Under the pieces are notes generated by a model. It did not search any database. It saw nothing but the letters and a program-made list of their open reading frames with translations, and had not been told where the DNA came from. Made by a program: the position numbers and the translations under genes. From Macrostomum lignano (taxonomy: Eukaryota): a stretch of 64,000 nucleotides of DNA. The stretch's first letter is position 1; every line of letters starts with the position of its first letter. Of the stretch, positions 48,311 to 62,516 are shown in pieces. The DNA is taken from positions 367,454 through 431,453 of the forward strand of contig NIVC01000593.1 of NCBI GenBank assembly GCA_002269645.1, given 5' to 3'.

Positions 48311-49247
48311 TGCCGACCGCCCAGTCCTTGGACTGAACAGCCGTACGCAGCCTTCAGATGCGCCGCGCTATAGCTGTTCGTTTCTGGCTGAGCTGTCGGT
48401 TGCACATCTGCTCATTAGGACAGGTGTAATAAAAAAATCGATAACAGAAAGTCAGATACGCGTACACATACTCGTAGGTACTCGTAGGTAGGTAAGTAGG
48501 CAGGTAGGTAAGGTAGGTAAGGAACATGTACATGCTCGGTGGAGCCACATGCAATGAACTATCCATCACCTAACAAACAATTCAACAAATTTGATTGGTT
48601 TTTTTCCTTATTTATTCTACTAACTTCAGATCTCTGTTTAGTAGTTGCAAATGCGTATTGCTAATTGTTTTTGCGATTATTAGTTAAATTAAAAGAGCTC
48701 GTCGAACTCGAGAAGCTCGACTTAAGGTCCAAATTAGTGGTTTTTAATTATTTTATAGGTAGGTTAGTAACTCTTGGTATGGTAAGCTTAACTGGTAAGA
48801 ATTCTCTGATTTCCGCCATCATGGCAATGTATACCGCGCGATACGAAATGCTGCTGTTTAAATACCGGACGGCCTATCGGAATTCTTTGAGACACCCTCG
48901 AGGGTGCTTCAGGTGCTTCAGCTTGCGCCGTTTCTGTTCGTTCTGTTGCTTGACTGGGTCGTGCTCTGCGTGCCGGGCGACATCGGAGGCTGCGATTTTG
49001 TGCCGAGGCGCAGATGGACAGGCGCGGATAGTATACGGATTTATAGCCGTCAATGCTGTGTTCTAATTATTTTAGTTGGAGTTAGATAATTAGAATTAAC
49101 ATTAATTATATTCTAACTAACCAAATAGCAGATAGTATAGCAAAGCTAGAATAAAGCGGATAAACATTTTGCTGGTAAAATTTAAAAAATTCTGCTCATT
49201 TCACGACTGAATATGGCCGCAGCTTATAATTAGAGCGTCGACAACCA

Positions 49248-49390
49248 TTGTTTGTGGCAAGGCAACCTAACTCTGCACACGAATACATCGAAGGGGCTTG
49301 GGCGGATGTTAAGGCTAAGTTCCGTAACATGTACGGCACCAGCGAGAGGCCTTATGCTTATTTGAACGAGTACCTCTGGCGCCGTCTTTG
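49248..49390 (+). mobile_element. Merlin (IS1595-related) transposase C-terminal remnant
   Basis: HEYIEGAWADVKAKFRNMYGTS..PYAYLNEYLWRR resembles the Merlin motif H-x-N/Q-x-IE-x2-W-x3-K...G...YL-x-EF-x-WR as recalled. Confidence 0.65.
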
Positions 49391-51289
49391 CCGACTTATA
49401 AGTTTTTCGTTATTTTTTGTTCTGTTTTTTTCCATTAATACTTTGTTTAGTGAGGTAGGCGGACTATTGACTTGTTTGGAGTGACTTGTTTTAACGTACT
49501 GACTTGATTTTTAAATTGAAAATAATTTAACGCTCAAGTGGTGGTGAATAATAATCTACTGATCCGATTAATACAAACACATTTTGGAAGCAAATATCTC
49601 AGGAAATACGAAAGGCAATCATGTGTCTAAGATGTCATTGCAAAGCTGAGACATGCGTCAAGAAGTGATAAAAGTTTCAGAGCAAATGATTAAAGCATAG
49701 AGACGCAGCGATTAATCAAACTTTTTGTTGATAAAAAGTTAACAAAAATTTAACATAAACAGCTAACTATCTCCATCCAAGATCAACCAAAACTTTGATT
49801 TAGGGGCCTACTTCTACTTCTCATTCTTAATAACTAAGTATGACCTAGGCCTGGGGCCTAGGCTATGTAATTTTCTTTTTATGTCAAATATGATTATAAT
49901 TTATACATAGGCCTACACATAAACCTAGACATGGTCATTTGTATTATAGGCCTATACAAATACAAAAAATTTGACAAATAAGACTTAGGCCTAGGTACTA
50001 ATTTCATATTTATAACACAATATAAGAGGTATGAATATATATGTAAATATGAGTATATACATGCATTAAATCAAAATAATTTAATGAACAAAACTATAGT
50101 TGTAGGCCTACTCACCCTACTGTATATATTATATATTAAAGTGTTTTTACCTACTTTTATTTTTCATGCATAGTGACCAGACCACAACCAAGAGCAAAAG
50201 GGTGAGGATAGTCACATCTTAGATAGAAACTAGAAAAAAATCAAGGGGGCAAGCAAACATAGGCCTATTTTGCCAAAATATAGAGCTGCATCCTAGCTTT
50301 GCCCCCCTTTAGGTATTTACCTTCCAAATTCCACCTCTCAACAAATTTCTAGTTGTGCTATTAATAGTAACCAAATGCCTTTTTGCAATTACCAAAAAAT
50401 TATTTAATAATATTCTATCAATTTATTAAAAATCAACAGTTAATTCTATAAATCTTTTAATAGCTTCCATGACTTTTTTAAGATGCTTCTAAAAAGTCTA
50501 TAGCTCTAGTCTAGCAATCTTTTTGGAATCCTTTCCATTACCTACAAATAGCAACATAGATCTATTACACACTTGGCACTTGGCAGGCTTTCTTATATGC
50601 ATATATATAGAAGTAAAAGTCTAGGTCTATAGGAAGTTAAAACTTGGCAATGATAAGGGCTAGATATCTTATCATTACCCTAGAAATAGCAAAATTTGGC
50701 CATCAAAAATGCCCTTTCAAGCAAGTTGACTTTTATACTAGCCTTAATAAAAATAGATAGGCATTATTAGCTATCATTATCAAAAGCTTTTTGATTATCC
50801 TTGAAATCTTCCTATGCTTAACTATTTTAAAAGAAAATTGAATCAAAATTTGTATATAAACTTTAGATAACCTCTTGTCACTAATATTCACTGGTTACTA
50901 ATATATATAGCTTACTAAAGCAAAAACAAAAAAGTAGTTTAATATTTCAATGCACACATACAATTAAACAATAGTTGAAAAAAATTAATTATCTATATCT
51001 TGGTAAAATTTAATTGAGTTTTAGCTCAACAAACTATAAAAGGATGCTAAATAATAGTAATAGATCAAAATTATTTTTAGTTGGTTTCTAGCATTCACAT
51101 ATAAGACAAAAACTAATAATTTAGATAGTTAGATAATTTAAAATCTTTGTATTTATGAGGATGGCCTCTGTTGCACCTGTTTAGGTATTTAGCACTAATT
51201 AGCTGGCGAGGCATTTATGATTTAAAGATCAATATATATTTCACCATTTATAAAAAGTCAATGGTAGCGGGGGGCTGTGTGCTCAACTG

Positions 51290-51480
51290 GCAAGAGGCAT
51301 TGCTGCCCATTCCACCAACTCCCCTGAGCAAGTACACAAGCGCATGGATATGTATGCAGTCAGGCACAAGCACACATACAGGAGTGTACAGCGGCCCTAA
51401 CTTTATTTATCGTTAGGCATGCACACTTGTGCCAAACAACAGCAGACCCAAGCCGAGATTCCAATTTAGCCTCAAATTAA
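51290..51480 (-). mobile_element. Headless SINE copy immediately upstream of RAE1
   Basis: Shares GAGGCATTGCTGCCCATTCC, GGAGTGTACAGCGGCCCTAACTTTATTTATCGTTAGGCATG and CAAGCCGAGATTCCAATT with 55560-55780. Confidence 0.65.
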
Positions 51481-51512
51481 ATCTCAATCAATTTCTACTC
51501 AATTTCTCAGCA

Positions 51513-53049
<1,537 letters not shown>

Positions 53050-53309
53050 CCGCTTTTTTACGGCACTATTCGCTACTGTCTACTGATCTTAAGCTGAGTA
53101 GTACAGTATGCAAGTTGGCACTGTTTGTCAAGTTTGAAGTTTGATGCAGTTTCATTTTAATAAAAAATTGTAAAATATTTCAATACAAGCCGTCATAATT
53201 TGTTCATTGCCGACATTGTCTTTTAATTCTCTTTGGCTGCTATTTTCGCTAAAATATGTTTTCAGAAAATAAAATTTCTGTCTTATTTCTGTCTTTTCTA
53301 AAGACGGGT

Positions 53310-53960
53310 CACCGCCCAGATGCTCAGTTGCTGGGCCAGCGTCCCAGATCCCCAGTTGCTGGGCCAGCCTCCCAGATCCTCAGCTGCTGGGCCAGCCTCC
53401 CAGATCCTCAGCTGCTGGGCCAGCCTCCCAGAGTGTCAGTTGCTGGGCCAGCCTCCCAGATCCCCAGTTGCTGGGCCAGCCTCCCAGATCCTCAGCTGCT
53501 GGGCCAGCCTCCCAGATCCTCAGCTGCTGGGCCAGCCTCCCAGAGTGTCAGTTGCTGGGTCAGCCTCCCAGATCCTCAGCTGCTGGGCCAGCCTCCCAGA
53601 GTGTCAGTTGCTGGGCCAGCCTCCCAGATCCTCAGCTGCTGGGCCAGCCTCCCAGATCCTCAGCTGCTGGGCCAGCCTCCCAGAGTGTCAGTTGCTGGGC
53701 CTGCCTCCCAGATCCCCAGTTGCTGGGCCAGCCTCCCAGATCCTCAGTTGCTGGGCCAGCCTCCCAGATCCTCAGCTGCTGGACCAGCCTTTCAGGTTCT
53801 CAGTTGCTGGGCCAGCCTCCCAGATCCCCAGTTGCTGGGCCAGCCTCCCAGATCCTCAGCTGCTGGGCCAGCCTCCCAGATCCTCAGTTGTTGGGCCAGC
53901 CTTTCAGGTTCTCAGCTGCTGGGCCAGTCTTCCAGATCCTCAGCTGCTAGACCCCCTGCC
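53310..53960. repeat. ~28-bp minisatellite (GCTGGGCCAGCCTCCCAGATCCTCAGCT)n between the convergent RAE1 and C2 genes
   Basis: Direct observation. Confidence 0.95.
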
Positions 53961-54240
53961 AGATCTTTTGGCTCTGAACCAACTTCTCATACACTATCTC
54001 AATCAAAATGATCGAAAACATCGAATGGACACAGAACAGAAGCACGGATATTCAGCAAGGCCGGCACGGTCAATAAGACATTGTTAATCAAGCGACTCTT
54101 TATCGTGTAAGCTTAACATTCCGGTCAGAGATTAGCCTCCCGGATGCGTGTTAGCCGGAGCTATTCGTCTGTCTCCGCATCCGCCTGTTGCGGCGCTGTC
54201 GCAGACGCCGGAGCGTTCAAATTGAAACTGCGGCACTTCT

Positions 54241-57200
54241 TCAGCCGGCAGCTGTGGCCGGCCAATCTGGCAAAAATCTTCGACAGTCTGGTCGGTGCGT
54301 TCGGCGGTCCAGTCGGAGCCAGGCCCGTTTGGGTGACGTCACCTCGCGGACGGAGTACACCACGGCTAGGTTGTCGGCGTTCCTAACAGTGAAGGTTACC
54401 TGTTGATTGCGGTGGAAATTTTTCTGGTTTGAAAATGCAGTTCACGGATTGGTCTAAGAGATCTGCCGATTTTGATCTACAGATTCTGATCTATAGGGAT
54501 CTATAGATCTATCTCAGATCTATAACGAATATCTATAGAGATCTGCTTATTCTGATCTATAGAGATCTGCTGATTCTAATCTATAGAGATCTGCTAATTC
54601 TGATCTATAGAGATCTGCTGATTCTGATCCATCGATTCTGATCTATTGAGATCTGCTGATTCTGATCCATCGATTCTGATCTATCGAGATCTGCTGATTC
54701 TGATCCATCGATTCTGATCTATTGAGATCTGATTCTGATTCATCGATTCGATTCTGATCTATCGACATCTGCTGATTCTGATCTATAGAGATCTGCTGAT
54801 TCTGATCCATCGATTCTGATCTATTGAGATCTGATTCTGATTCATCGATTCTGATCCATCGATTCTGATCTATTGAGATCTGATTCTGATTCATCGATTC
54901 GATTCTGATCTATCGAGATCTGCTGATTCTGATCCATCGATTCTGATCTATTGAGATCTGATTCTGATTCATCGATTCGATTCTGATCTATCGAGATCTG
55001 CTGATTCTGATCTATAGAGATCTGCTGATTCTGATCCATCGATTCTGATCTATCGAGATCTAATTCTGATCCATCGATTCTGATCTATCGAGATCTGCTG
55101 ATTCTGATCCATCGATTCTGATCTATCGAGATCTGCTGATTCTGATCCATCGATTCTGATCTATCGAGATCTGCTGATTCTGATCTATCGAGATCTATCG
55201 AGATCTGCTGATTCTGATCTATCGAGATCTGCTGATTCTGATCTATCGAGATCTGCCTATTTTGCTCTGTAGTGATCTGCCGAGTCTGATCTATGGATAT
55301 CTGCTGATGCTGGTTCGAGATCTAAAGATTCATATTGAGATCCATCGGTTCACTTAAATCCGGTTTATCCAGTGGCATATCAGTTCATCTAGAGATCTGT
55401 CTATTTCATTTAGACATCGGAATTGCATAAAAACCAATGTCAAGACCTCTTACAGCAAACTTAGTAATCGAATCCCCTCTCGTAGTGCCTATACAGTCTA
55501 TTTGAGGCAGGGGGCTGTGTGCACCCTGGTGCACTTTAGGCGACATGTCACAACCGGCGAGAGGCATTGCTGCCCATTCCGCCGACTCCCCTGAGCAGGC
55601 ACACTCGGGCACGTACGCAGTCATACGCTCCGGAACACTCACGCAGGAGTGTACAGCGGCCCTAACTTTATTTATCGTTAGGCATGTACTCTTCACTGTG
55701 CCTTGGGGGTTGGCAATCAAAGGCGTTAATTGCACGAGCAGAGCCAAGCCGAGATTCCAATTCAGCCCCAAAATTAATGTGACTGCATTTGGAATCGAGC
55801 CTGGGCCTCTGGCACATCGGAGCGCCGCGCCAGACCACTGGGCTACGGCCCAACAGTCTTACCTGCAGTACGTCCCAGTCCACAATCATCTGAGCTGCTC
55901 TCCTCTCGGCGTATGCCTCGGCCAGCAACTTGGGCCCGTCGAGCACCGAGACTCTAGCTCGAAACGTCCGATTGTTAAGCTGCTCTGGCCCGGACGGCGG
56001 CCGGAAGATCTCGGACGAATGCAGAGTCAACTGAACCTGTCGCGGTGTCTCCGATAAAACCTGGCCGGAGATTCGCACGGTGCCCCACGGCTCAGCGATG
56101 GCGTCGCAGTCCCGGCAGAACCAGAGAAGGTTGCGCCACAGCAGAATTCCATGCTCCAGCTCGTCTCGCTGGTACCGGGCCAGCGACAGGTTGGCGTCGC
56201 CAACGGGATCAGCTCCGTTGTGCACCTCCAGTCTGGCCGCCACTCGCTGCTCGAGCATGGACTGCAAAGATAGGAAATTGGAGACATTTAGTTGGGTATC
56301 CATGTAACTGGTATTGGCTTGAGAGCCACAAATTGCAAACCAGATCCAATAACTTGAGAGCTCTACGTCATTAACAACCATGGATATGCTTGCTTGATTT
56401 TGCATTAGCTTGAAGCCTAAAATTGACAACTTAATTGGGTCACTGTATCGGATTCCAATAGATTGAGAGCCTCAAACCGGCAATTAACATGGGTTGCTGT
56501 ATCGGATTCTACAGTGAGAGCCTAAAACCGGAAACTAAGATATGAGTTGCTGTATCGTATTCTGGATTGAGAGCCTGAAACCGGCTACTAACACTGGGTT
56601 GCTGTATCGGATTCTAGCTTGAGAGCCTCAAGTCGGCAACTAACATGGATTGCTGTATCGAATTCTAGGTTGAGAGCCTCAAACCGGCAACTAACATGGG
56701 TTGCTGTATCGGATCTTCTAAGTTGAGAGCCTCAAACCGGCAACTAAAATGGGTTGCTGTATCGGATTCTAGGTTGAGAGCCTCAAACTGGCAACTAACA
56801 TGGGTTGCTGTATCGGACTCTAGGTTGAGAGCCTCAAACCGGCAATTAACATGGGCTGCTGTATCGATGGCAGCTAAGCCTCGCACTTACTCGAGTGACA
56901 TTCTTGAGGTGAAACTCCGCCTGCCAGCGAGGCGCCAGCGTCCCCAGCTCGGCATGCGATCGCATAGCAACGAAGCCCTTGCAGCCCGGCACCGTGACCT
57001 GACAAACCAGGCTGCTGTCGGCGACGCTGGCCTGCGGACAGTCGAGATTCGGGGAGGACAGCTCCGCTCGGATAACCAGTAGTTTGAGCAGCTTCTGAGC
57101 TCGATGAAATCGAACTGCTAGTAGAACTCGGCCTACGTATGTCTGGTCGTCGCGGTCTGGCAAAGAAATGTTTTCAAAATCCCCATGAATTTGATTTCAG

Positions 57201-57688
57201 AGAATCACCCCCTTGTGCCTGAACTCACAAACCTACGTGTAGCACCCAAAAAGTCGCAGAACACATGAACCCTCTTGAGAATCGATTGAGAAACGCCCAC
57301 CAACCCAACTGAAAGTCGCCCACCAACCCCACTGAGAATCGCCTACCAAACCCACTGAGAATCGCCCACCAACCCCACTGGAGAACCGCCCACCCACCCC
57401 ACTGAGAATCGCCCACCAAGCTCCTTGAGAATCGCCCTCACCCGGTCTCAAAATCATCCGAAACTCATCGAGAATTCTCTCGTGTCTGGGCAGGCTCGGA
57501 TTCAGCTGAATCGAAGGCTGCAGCTGCGGCAGAATCAGCTGTCGTCGCCGATGCTCCATCAGTCGCTGCGACTCAGTCTTGGCCGCTGGCCGGCACGTGA
57601 CCAGCGCGGTCGTCAGTCCGACATTGTCATCCGCCAATTTTGAGTCGGCTTTTTGTTTGTTTTCGTTCCACAACTGGCACAGAAGCAT
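54241..57688 (-). CDS. Unidentified tandem C2-domain (synaptotagmin-like/TC2N-like) protein; exons 57688-57442, 57156-56891, 56261-55863, 54399-54241 (about 356 aa)
   Basis: Four GT-AG exons with consistent phases (1,0,0). C2-like strands GRVLLAVRFHRAQKLLKLLVIRAEL...PRWQAEFHL and WGTVRISGQV...QVQLTLHSSE...RARVSVLDG...WLRL. The frame and acceptor of the last exon are ambiguous. Confidence 0.65.
54470..55310. repeat. GATC/ATCGAT-rich composite minisatellite
   Basis: Direct observation. Confidence 0.92.
55500..55850 (-). mobile_element. tRNA-derived SINE in C2-gene intron 3
   Basis: Minus strand GGCCGTAGCCCAGTGG...GGCTCGATTCC head; body strongly similar to 51290-51480. Confidence 0.65.
56440..56870. 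repeat. ~51-bp minisatellite (GGGTTGCTGTATCGGATTCTAGGTTGAGAGCCTCAAACCGGCAACTAACAT)n
   Basis: Direct observation; 17-aa periodicity. Confidence 0.92.
57280..57440. repeat. ~23-bp repeat (GAGAATCGCCCACCAACCCCACT)n
   Basis: Direct observation. Confidence 0.85.
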
Positions 57689-59511
57689 CGACGCAATGAA
57701 CCTGTGGGCTGAAATGCAGGTGCTTGATTAGCTGCTAATCACTGTAAAATCCTACAGCTTTTACTTTTACGTAAAAACGTTGATCCAGTCCAAAAGTTAC
57801 ACATAGGGGTCCTTGTCCTTTGGGATAACATTAGTTTCCTCCCCCTGATCAGTGGCTTTAAGTGGCTTCATTAGGTAACAGACGTCCAGAATCCTTCATA
57901 GGGACACTGATACCCCCAGAGTCCTTCATGGGGACACTGGACATCCCCCAGAGTCCTTCTCCAAACACGTTAATCAAACACGTTAATTATAATAATTGTT
58001 AATGTTAATATAATTAACCAGTATCTATCTACTCACCGATTTGCAATATAAACTGCTTGTAAGCTTTCTCAAACAGAATTTCACTCGTCTGCTCCCTTTG
58101 CTTCAGACATTAACATAATTAATTTGCTAAATAAAGCTATAAATTGATTAACAATTAGCCGAAGAGCAAGGACAGGGATACTCGGCTAAACCTCCTGGAT
58201 TTAGTTGCTATCTGTCAATCCCTCCAAAACAGACTCACCCACCCACCCATCTGAAAACGAATACTGTACTGCTCTACCCTCAAGTGCTGAGGTTGTGACA
58301 GCTAGCTAGGTAAGAAAGGGAGACAGAGAGAGCTTGTCATTGTCAGCTGTTAGTGTAAACAACAGCTTATGCAAGACAATCATTGTGATGTTCGTACTCT
58401 GCTTGTGTCTGTCTTCGTCCTGTGAGTGCATTGCATCTGTTAATTAATCAGTAAGCTAAATGCAATTTCCAGTTAGCGCACCCTGGCGCAGCGCCTTGGG
58501 CAACATCTTCCCACAACCAGTGGTGGCCCATTGCGCTGACTCCTGATCACACGCAAGACCTGAAAAATTGCCTTTGATTCCCAAATACCCGTACAACAAT
58601 ACAGATCTTAGAGGCCTCGAACAAATGAGCAAATTAGTAACTCAGATATCCCATCCTAGACACTCGTGAGCAAGTAAAGATTGATTGACAGGTGCCAATA
58701 TACCACTATTAGAGCCACTCAGGTAAGGCTCTACACACTTCTTGGACAGAGAGAGCTGTCCAATTAACAAGGTTTGAGTTTCGCGTCAAGCCAACAGCAA
58801 TTATAAATAGGCCCTCACTCTGATCCACTGTCGCATGATGCACATTGGGGAGTAGGGTGCCTCCCCCACAGTTCCTGTCCTCCCGGCTCTTTACTTTACT
58901 AATGCATAATAAAAAATCAGCGACCAGTGGCGGCAGGGACGAGGAGGATTTATAAGGGACAGGTCACGTGATTGCAAGCGCCACCCCAACGCATACGCTC
59001 TCCTTACTGTCCGACCCTCACAAGTCGCAATCCCTATCTCTCCTTTATCCTTCCCCTGGGGGAGGAGGTATACGCCTTGTCTCCCACCTCGCTAGAGGTG
59101 TGCAGTCGGGACTTCCTTTCCACCAACAAAATCCCAAACAGCTTCGCCTTTTCCCCTCCCCCTCCCCTGATTCCCCATTGCCCCGCACGTGCATGGTGGT
59201 TGGTTGGGCCTCCGTAAAGAATGCCAAAGCCCCGGAGGGACAATTGTAGGCTAAGCTGGGGTGGACAGACTGGGGAGGGAACAGGGGTAAGGGATAATGC
59301 TGGGAGAGGAGATTTATAATAAAAATAATTCAAGGAAAAACTCTGCAGCAGCGCCAAAAACGCGTCGCGCGATTTACTTGAAGGCAGAACTGTACTGATC
59401 AAGTGTTCCCGGTTGTTATTCGTATCTAAGCTAGCCGCCCTGCACAACTGCCACTTTGCTCGGCTGCCAGCTCTGGGCGAGGACAGGGACGACTAGACAC
59501 CTTCTTGCACG

Positions 59512-62319
59512 ATGGAGCCCAGGGAAGAGTCGGCCGATGTTAACGAGATTGGCGACAGATTTCAACGGATTGAAAGTCGACTGGACTGGCTGCTGCAGCA
59601 GAGGGTGAGGCAGCAGTGTCTTTGTGCGTTGGTGTTTTGGTGCGTTGGTGTTTTGGTGCGTTGGTGTTTTGGTGCGTTGTTGTCTTTGTGCGTTGGTGTC
59701 TTGGTGTGTTGGTGTTTTGGTGTGTTGGTGTTTTGGTGCGTTGGTGTTTTGGTGCGTTGGTGTCTTTGTGCGTTGTTGTCTTTGTGCGTTGGTGTCTTGG
59801 TGTGTTGGTATTTTGGTGTGTTGGTGTTTTGGTGTGTTGGTGTTTTGGTGCGTTGGTGTCTTTGTGCGTTGGTATCTTTGTGCGTTGTTGTCTTTGTGCG
59901 TTGTTGTCTTTGTGCGTTGGTGTCTTTGTGCGTTGTTGTCTTTGTGCGTTGGTGTCTTGGTGTGTTGGTGTTTTGGTGCGTTGGTGTCTGTGCGCTGGTG
60001 TCTTGGTGTGTTGGTGTTTTGGTGCGTTGGTGTCTTGTTGCGTTGGTGTCCAAGTGCGTTGTTGTCCAAGTGCGTTGTTGTCCAAGTGCGTTGTTGTCCA
60101 AGTGCGTTGTTGTCCAAGTGCGTTGGTGTCTTGATGTCCCAGTGGCTTAATGTCTTAGTGTCTTGGTGTCTCAAGCAAGGACTTACTCAAGTAACATATA
60201 TCTAGGACGCTGAAAAAACGTTTAAAATAATGACAAAACCAATTTAATATAAAAAATCGATTAATGCGTCGTTAGAGCAGCTTGTTGGCACAAAATAGTG
60301 TGATTAGGACTCTCTCTGACACTGTTAAGAGACCCAATCACTGTTTTAGTGTTGAAAATCGAGAAATTTCCTATCTCCGTGGTGTATTTTTCCGGTGAAA
60401 CCTGCCTTTAAAACTATTTCTGAACGAAAAGCTTTATGAATATCGATAGAGCAATAAGAAAGATACAACATATCAAAAGAAGATGAACACTGGATCTGCC
60501 TCCTATCAAAAACAATAACAATTTTTGTGCTGAAAAAATTAAAACCTCCTATCTCTGTAGTGTATTTTTCGGCGAAAAGTTGCCTTCAAAACATTTACCA
60601 TAGATTTCGAGTGTTGCGTCCTTCTACTTAAGTTGTCCTTGGTCTCAAGGCTAATTCACACAAAAGCCATCAAACGAGACCAACGGTGCTTAACGTCAAT
60701 CTTGTAGTTTGATGCTTCTATTGATGGCGGTGTGAACTATTTAGCGTCTTGGTATCGTCATTTTTGTTTCTTAATGTCAAGGTGTATTGCTGTTTTCGTT
60801 CCTGTCTGTACTCGTAGATCAGCCTGTCCAAACTTGGACAGTGTCTCTCTCACTCCGTCTATCCAGTGCTATCCAGTCCAGTCCTGCTTCCGGATCCATA
60901 TCTCTACTCGCACCTGTGTATAAACTTTCTTTCTAACTCCAAGAATTCCAATTTTGATGAAGATGTATCGGTGTTAGCGGAGGTCACAGTATCAAAAAGT
61001 GCTTTTTTAAAAGAAAAGATGAATAGAAGAATTTGGATGGGAAGAACTGCGGGCACTGTACATGAACACACTTTCCAATATAATACCCCCATTGGCGAAA
61101 GTGCACTCGTCCCCGAGGGCCAACTGAGGCGTGCTTTTCTAGTAGTTTAGACAAGCCAACCAACCCCCTGTGTAAACACCACAGACCCACTGAAAGTGTG
61201 CTTCGCCAATACCCACTATAGCTATCGCTGTCCTTGTACGCTCGTATGTACACCTTAACTGGGCAAGTATTCCCAAGTTCTAGCATATTTATCCCAGAGG
61301 AGAGATTTCCGTGTATCTCTGTAAGGGAATAACATTGTTGACATTTCAACCAACTGGCCTAAAGATTTCTTGCTGACAGGTGATTTGATTTACTAGCTAG
61401 TACGGTGAGAGAGGTGGCTGGGAATGAGGAGTGGGTGGGGCAGTGAGAGAGGTGGCTGATTGAAAAGAAGTAAGTGCAATTACGTCATGCCTACTTATCT
61501 CGGTATTTTCTCCCCACGAAACAGCGCGCTCTTTCGGCCGGAAACGCCCAGCTTCTGAGCAACATCAACAGCTGCGACAGCCTGGTTGCTCAGATTCGAT
61601 CCCATTGGTCATCGGTGGCAGCCTCACCATCAAGAGGCGCAGCAAACGGCAACGGAGGAAGAAATCTGGAAGTCGAACTGGCAGACGAAGAGGATGACGA
61701 CCTAGCTGATGATGTCGACGGTGAGTTTTGAGGCAAAGATGCGCTACTTTCTACTGTATTGAGTAGAGAAGTTCGTCTTTAATTTTGCGCATACTTCTCT
61801 TTTTCTCTTTTCTCTTTTTCACCGTCAATTACCACAGATGGCGTCTTTCCTGAGCAGTTGAAGCTGTCGAAATCAAAGGAGCAGCCGCCACCGCCGCCGC
61901 CGCCGCAGGCTCAGCGTCGTCGACCACCACCACCACCGCCGCACTCGCAGCTGAACAGCCAATCGGCCTCGTCTTCCTCATCGCTGATGTCATCGACGCA
62001 TTCGTCGTCAACAGCGGCTCGACGCACGCAGTCTGGCGGCGACCCCGGCGGTCAGCGGTGGCGCCAGGTGCCAGTGCGGTTGCTAAGCGAGGAGGGCGAC
62101 AGGCGGTTCAGCGAAGTCCGACTGCTGCCGCACCGGGCCGCGCCCAACTGCTCGGCGAACTCAACCAGCACCACCAGCAGCCGGATGGTGCGCCAGGCCG
62201 GCGTCACCACAGCCTCGTCGGTCGCCTCCGTCCAAGAGGATGTGCTGACTAGAGAGACTGGCTCGGTCGGTTCGTCTTCGCCGGCTCGCAAGCCCACCGC
62301 GCCAGTTCAGTGGCGCTGA
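59512..62319 (+). CDS. Unidentified protein with N-terminal predicted coiled coil, acidic patch and Pro/Ser-rich tail; exons 59512-59604, 61525-61720, 61838-62319 (256 aa)
   Basis: ATG follows an in-frame stop; AGG|GTGAGG, ACAG|CGC, G|GTGAGT and pyrimidine-rich CACAG|AT junctions are phase-consistent; heptad-like IGDRFQRIESRLDWLLQQRRALSAGNAQLLSNI. Confidence 0.7.
59615..60170. repeat. TG-rich ~14-15-bp minisatellite (TGCGTTGGTGTCTTTG-like)
   Basis: Direct observation; starts about 10 nt after the donor at 59605. Confidence 0.93.
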
Positions 62320-62516
62320 CTTGAGCCTGCTTGAGTCTACATATACTTTTATATTGCGCACCGATTGGTGCAGACTCGAATTCTGCTGCACTCCAATCAG
62401 ATAAGAGATGAGATGAGAATTGGATCTGGTGAACTGGAGTGCGTGTACTCACCAGCTGATTGATGGTAGAACAGGTGTTTTATAATGGCTCTGGCTCTCA
62501 TTTTTTGTAGAGGCCT

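Noticed and set aside
53256-60205. Long repeat ORFs at 53.3-54.1 kb and 59.4-60.2 kb
   Set aside because: Tandem-repeat artefacts open in several frames on both strands.
60984-61349. GIY-YIG/Penelope-like endonuclease fragment (…KVYIR…, WGYYIGK)
   Set aside because: Motif spacing and order do not fit, no RT is nearby, and the resemblance is too weak without an HMM search.
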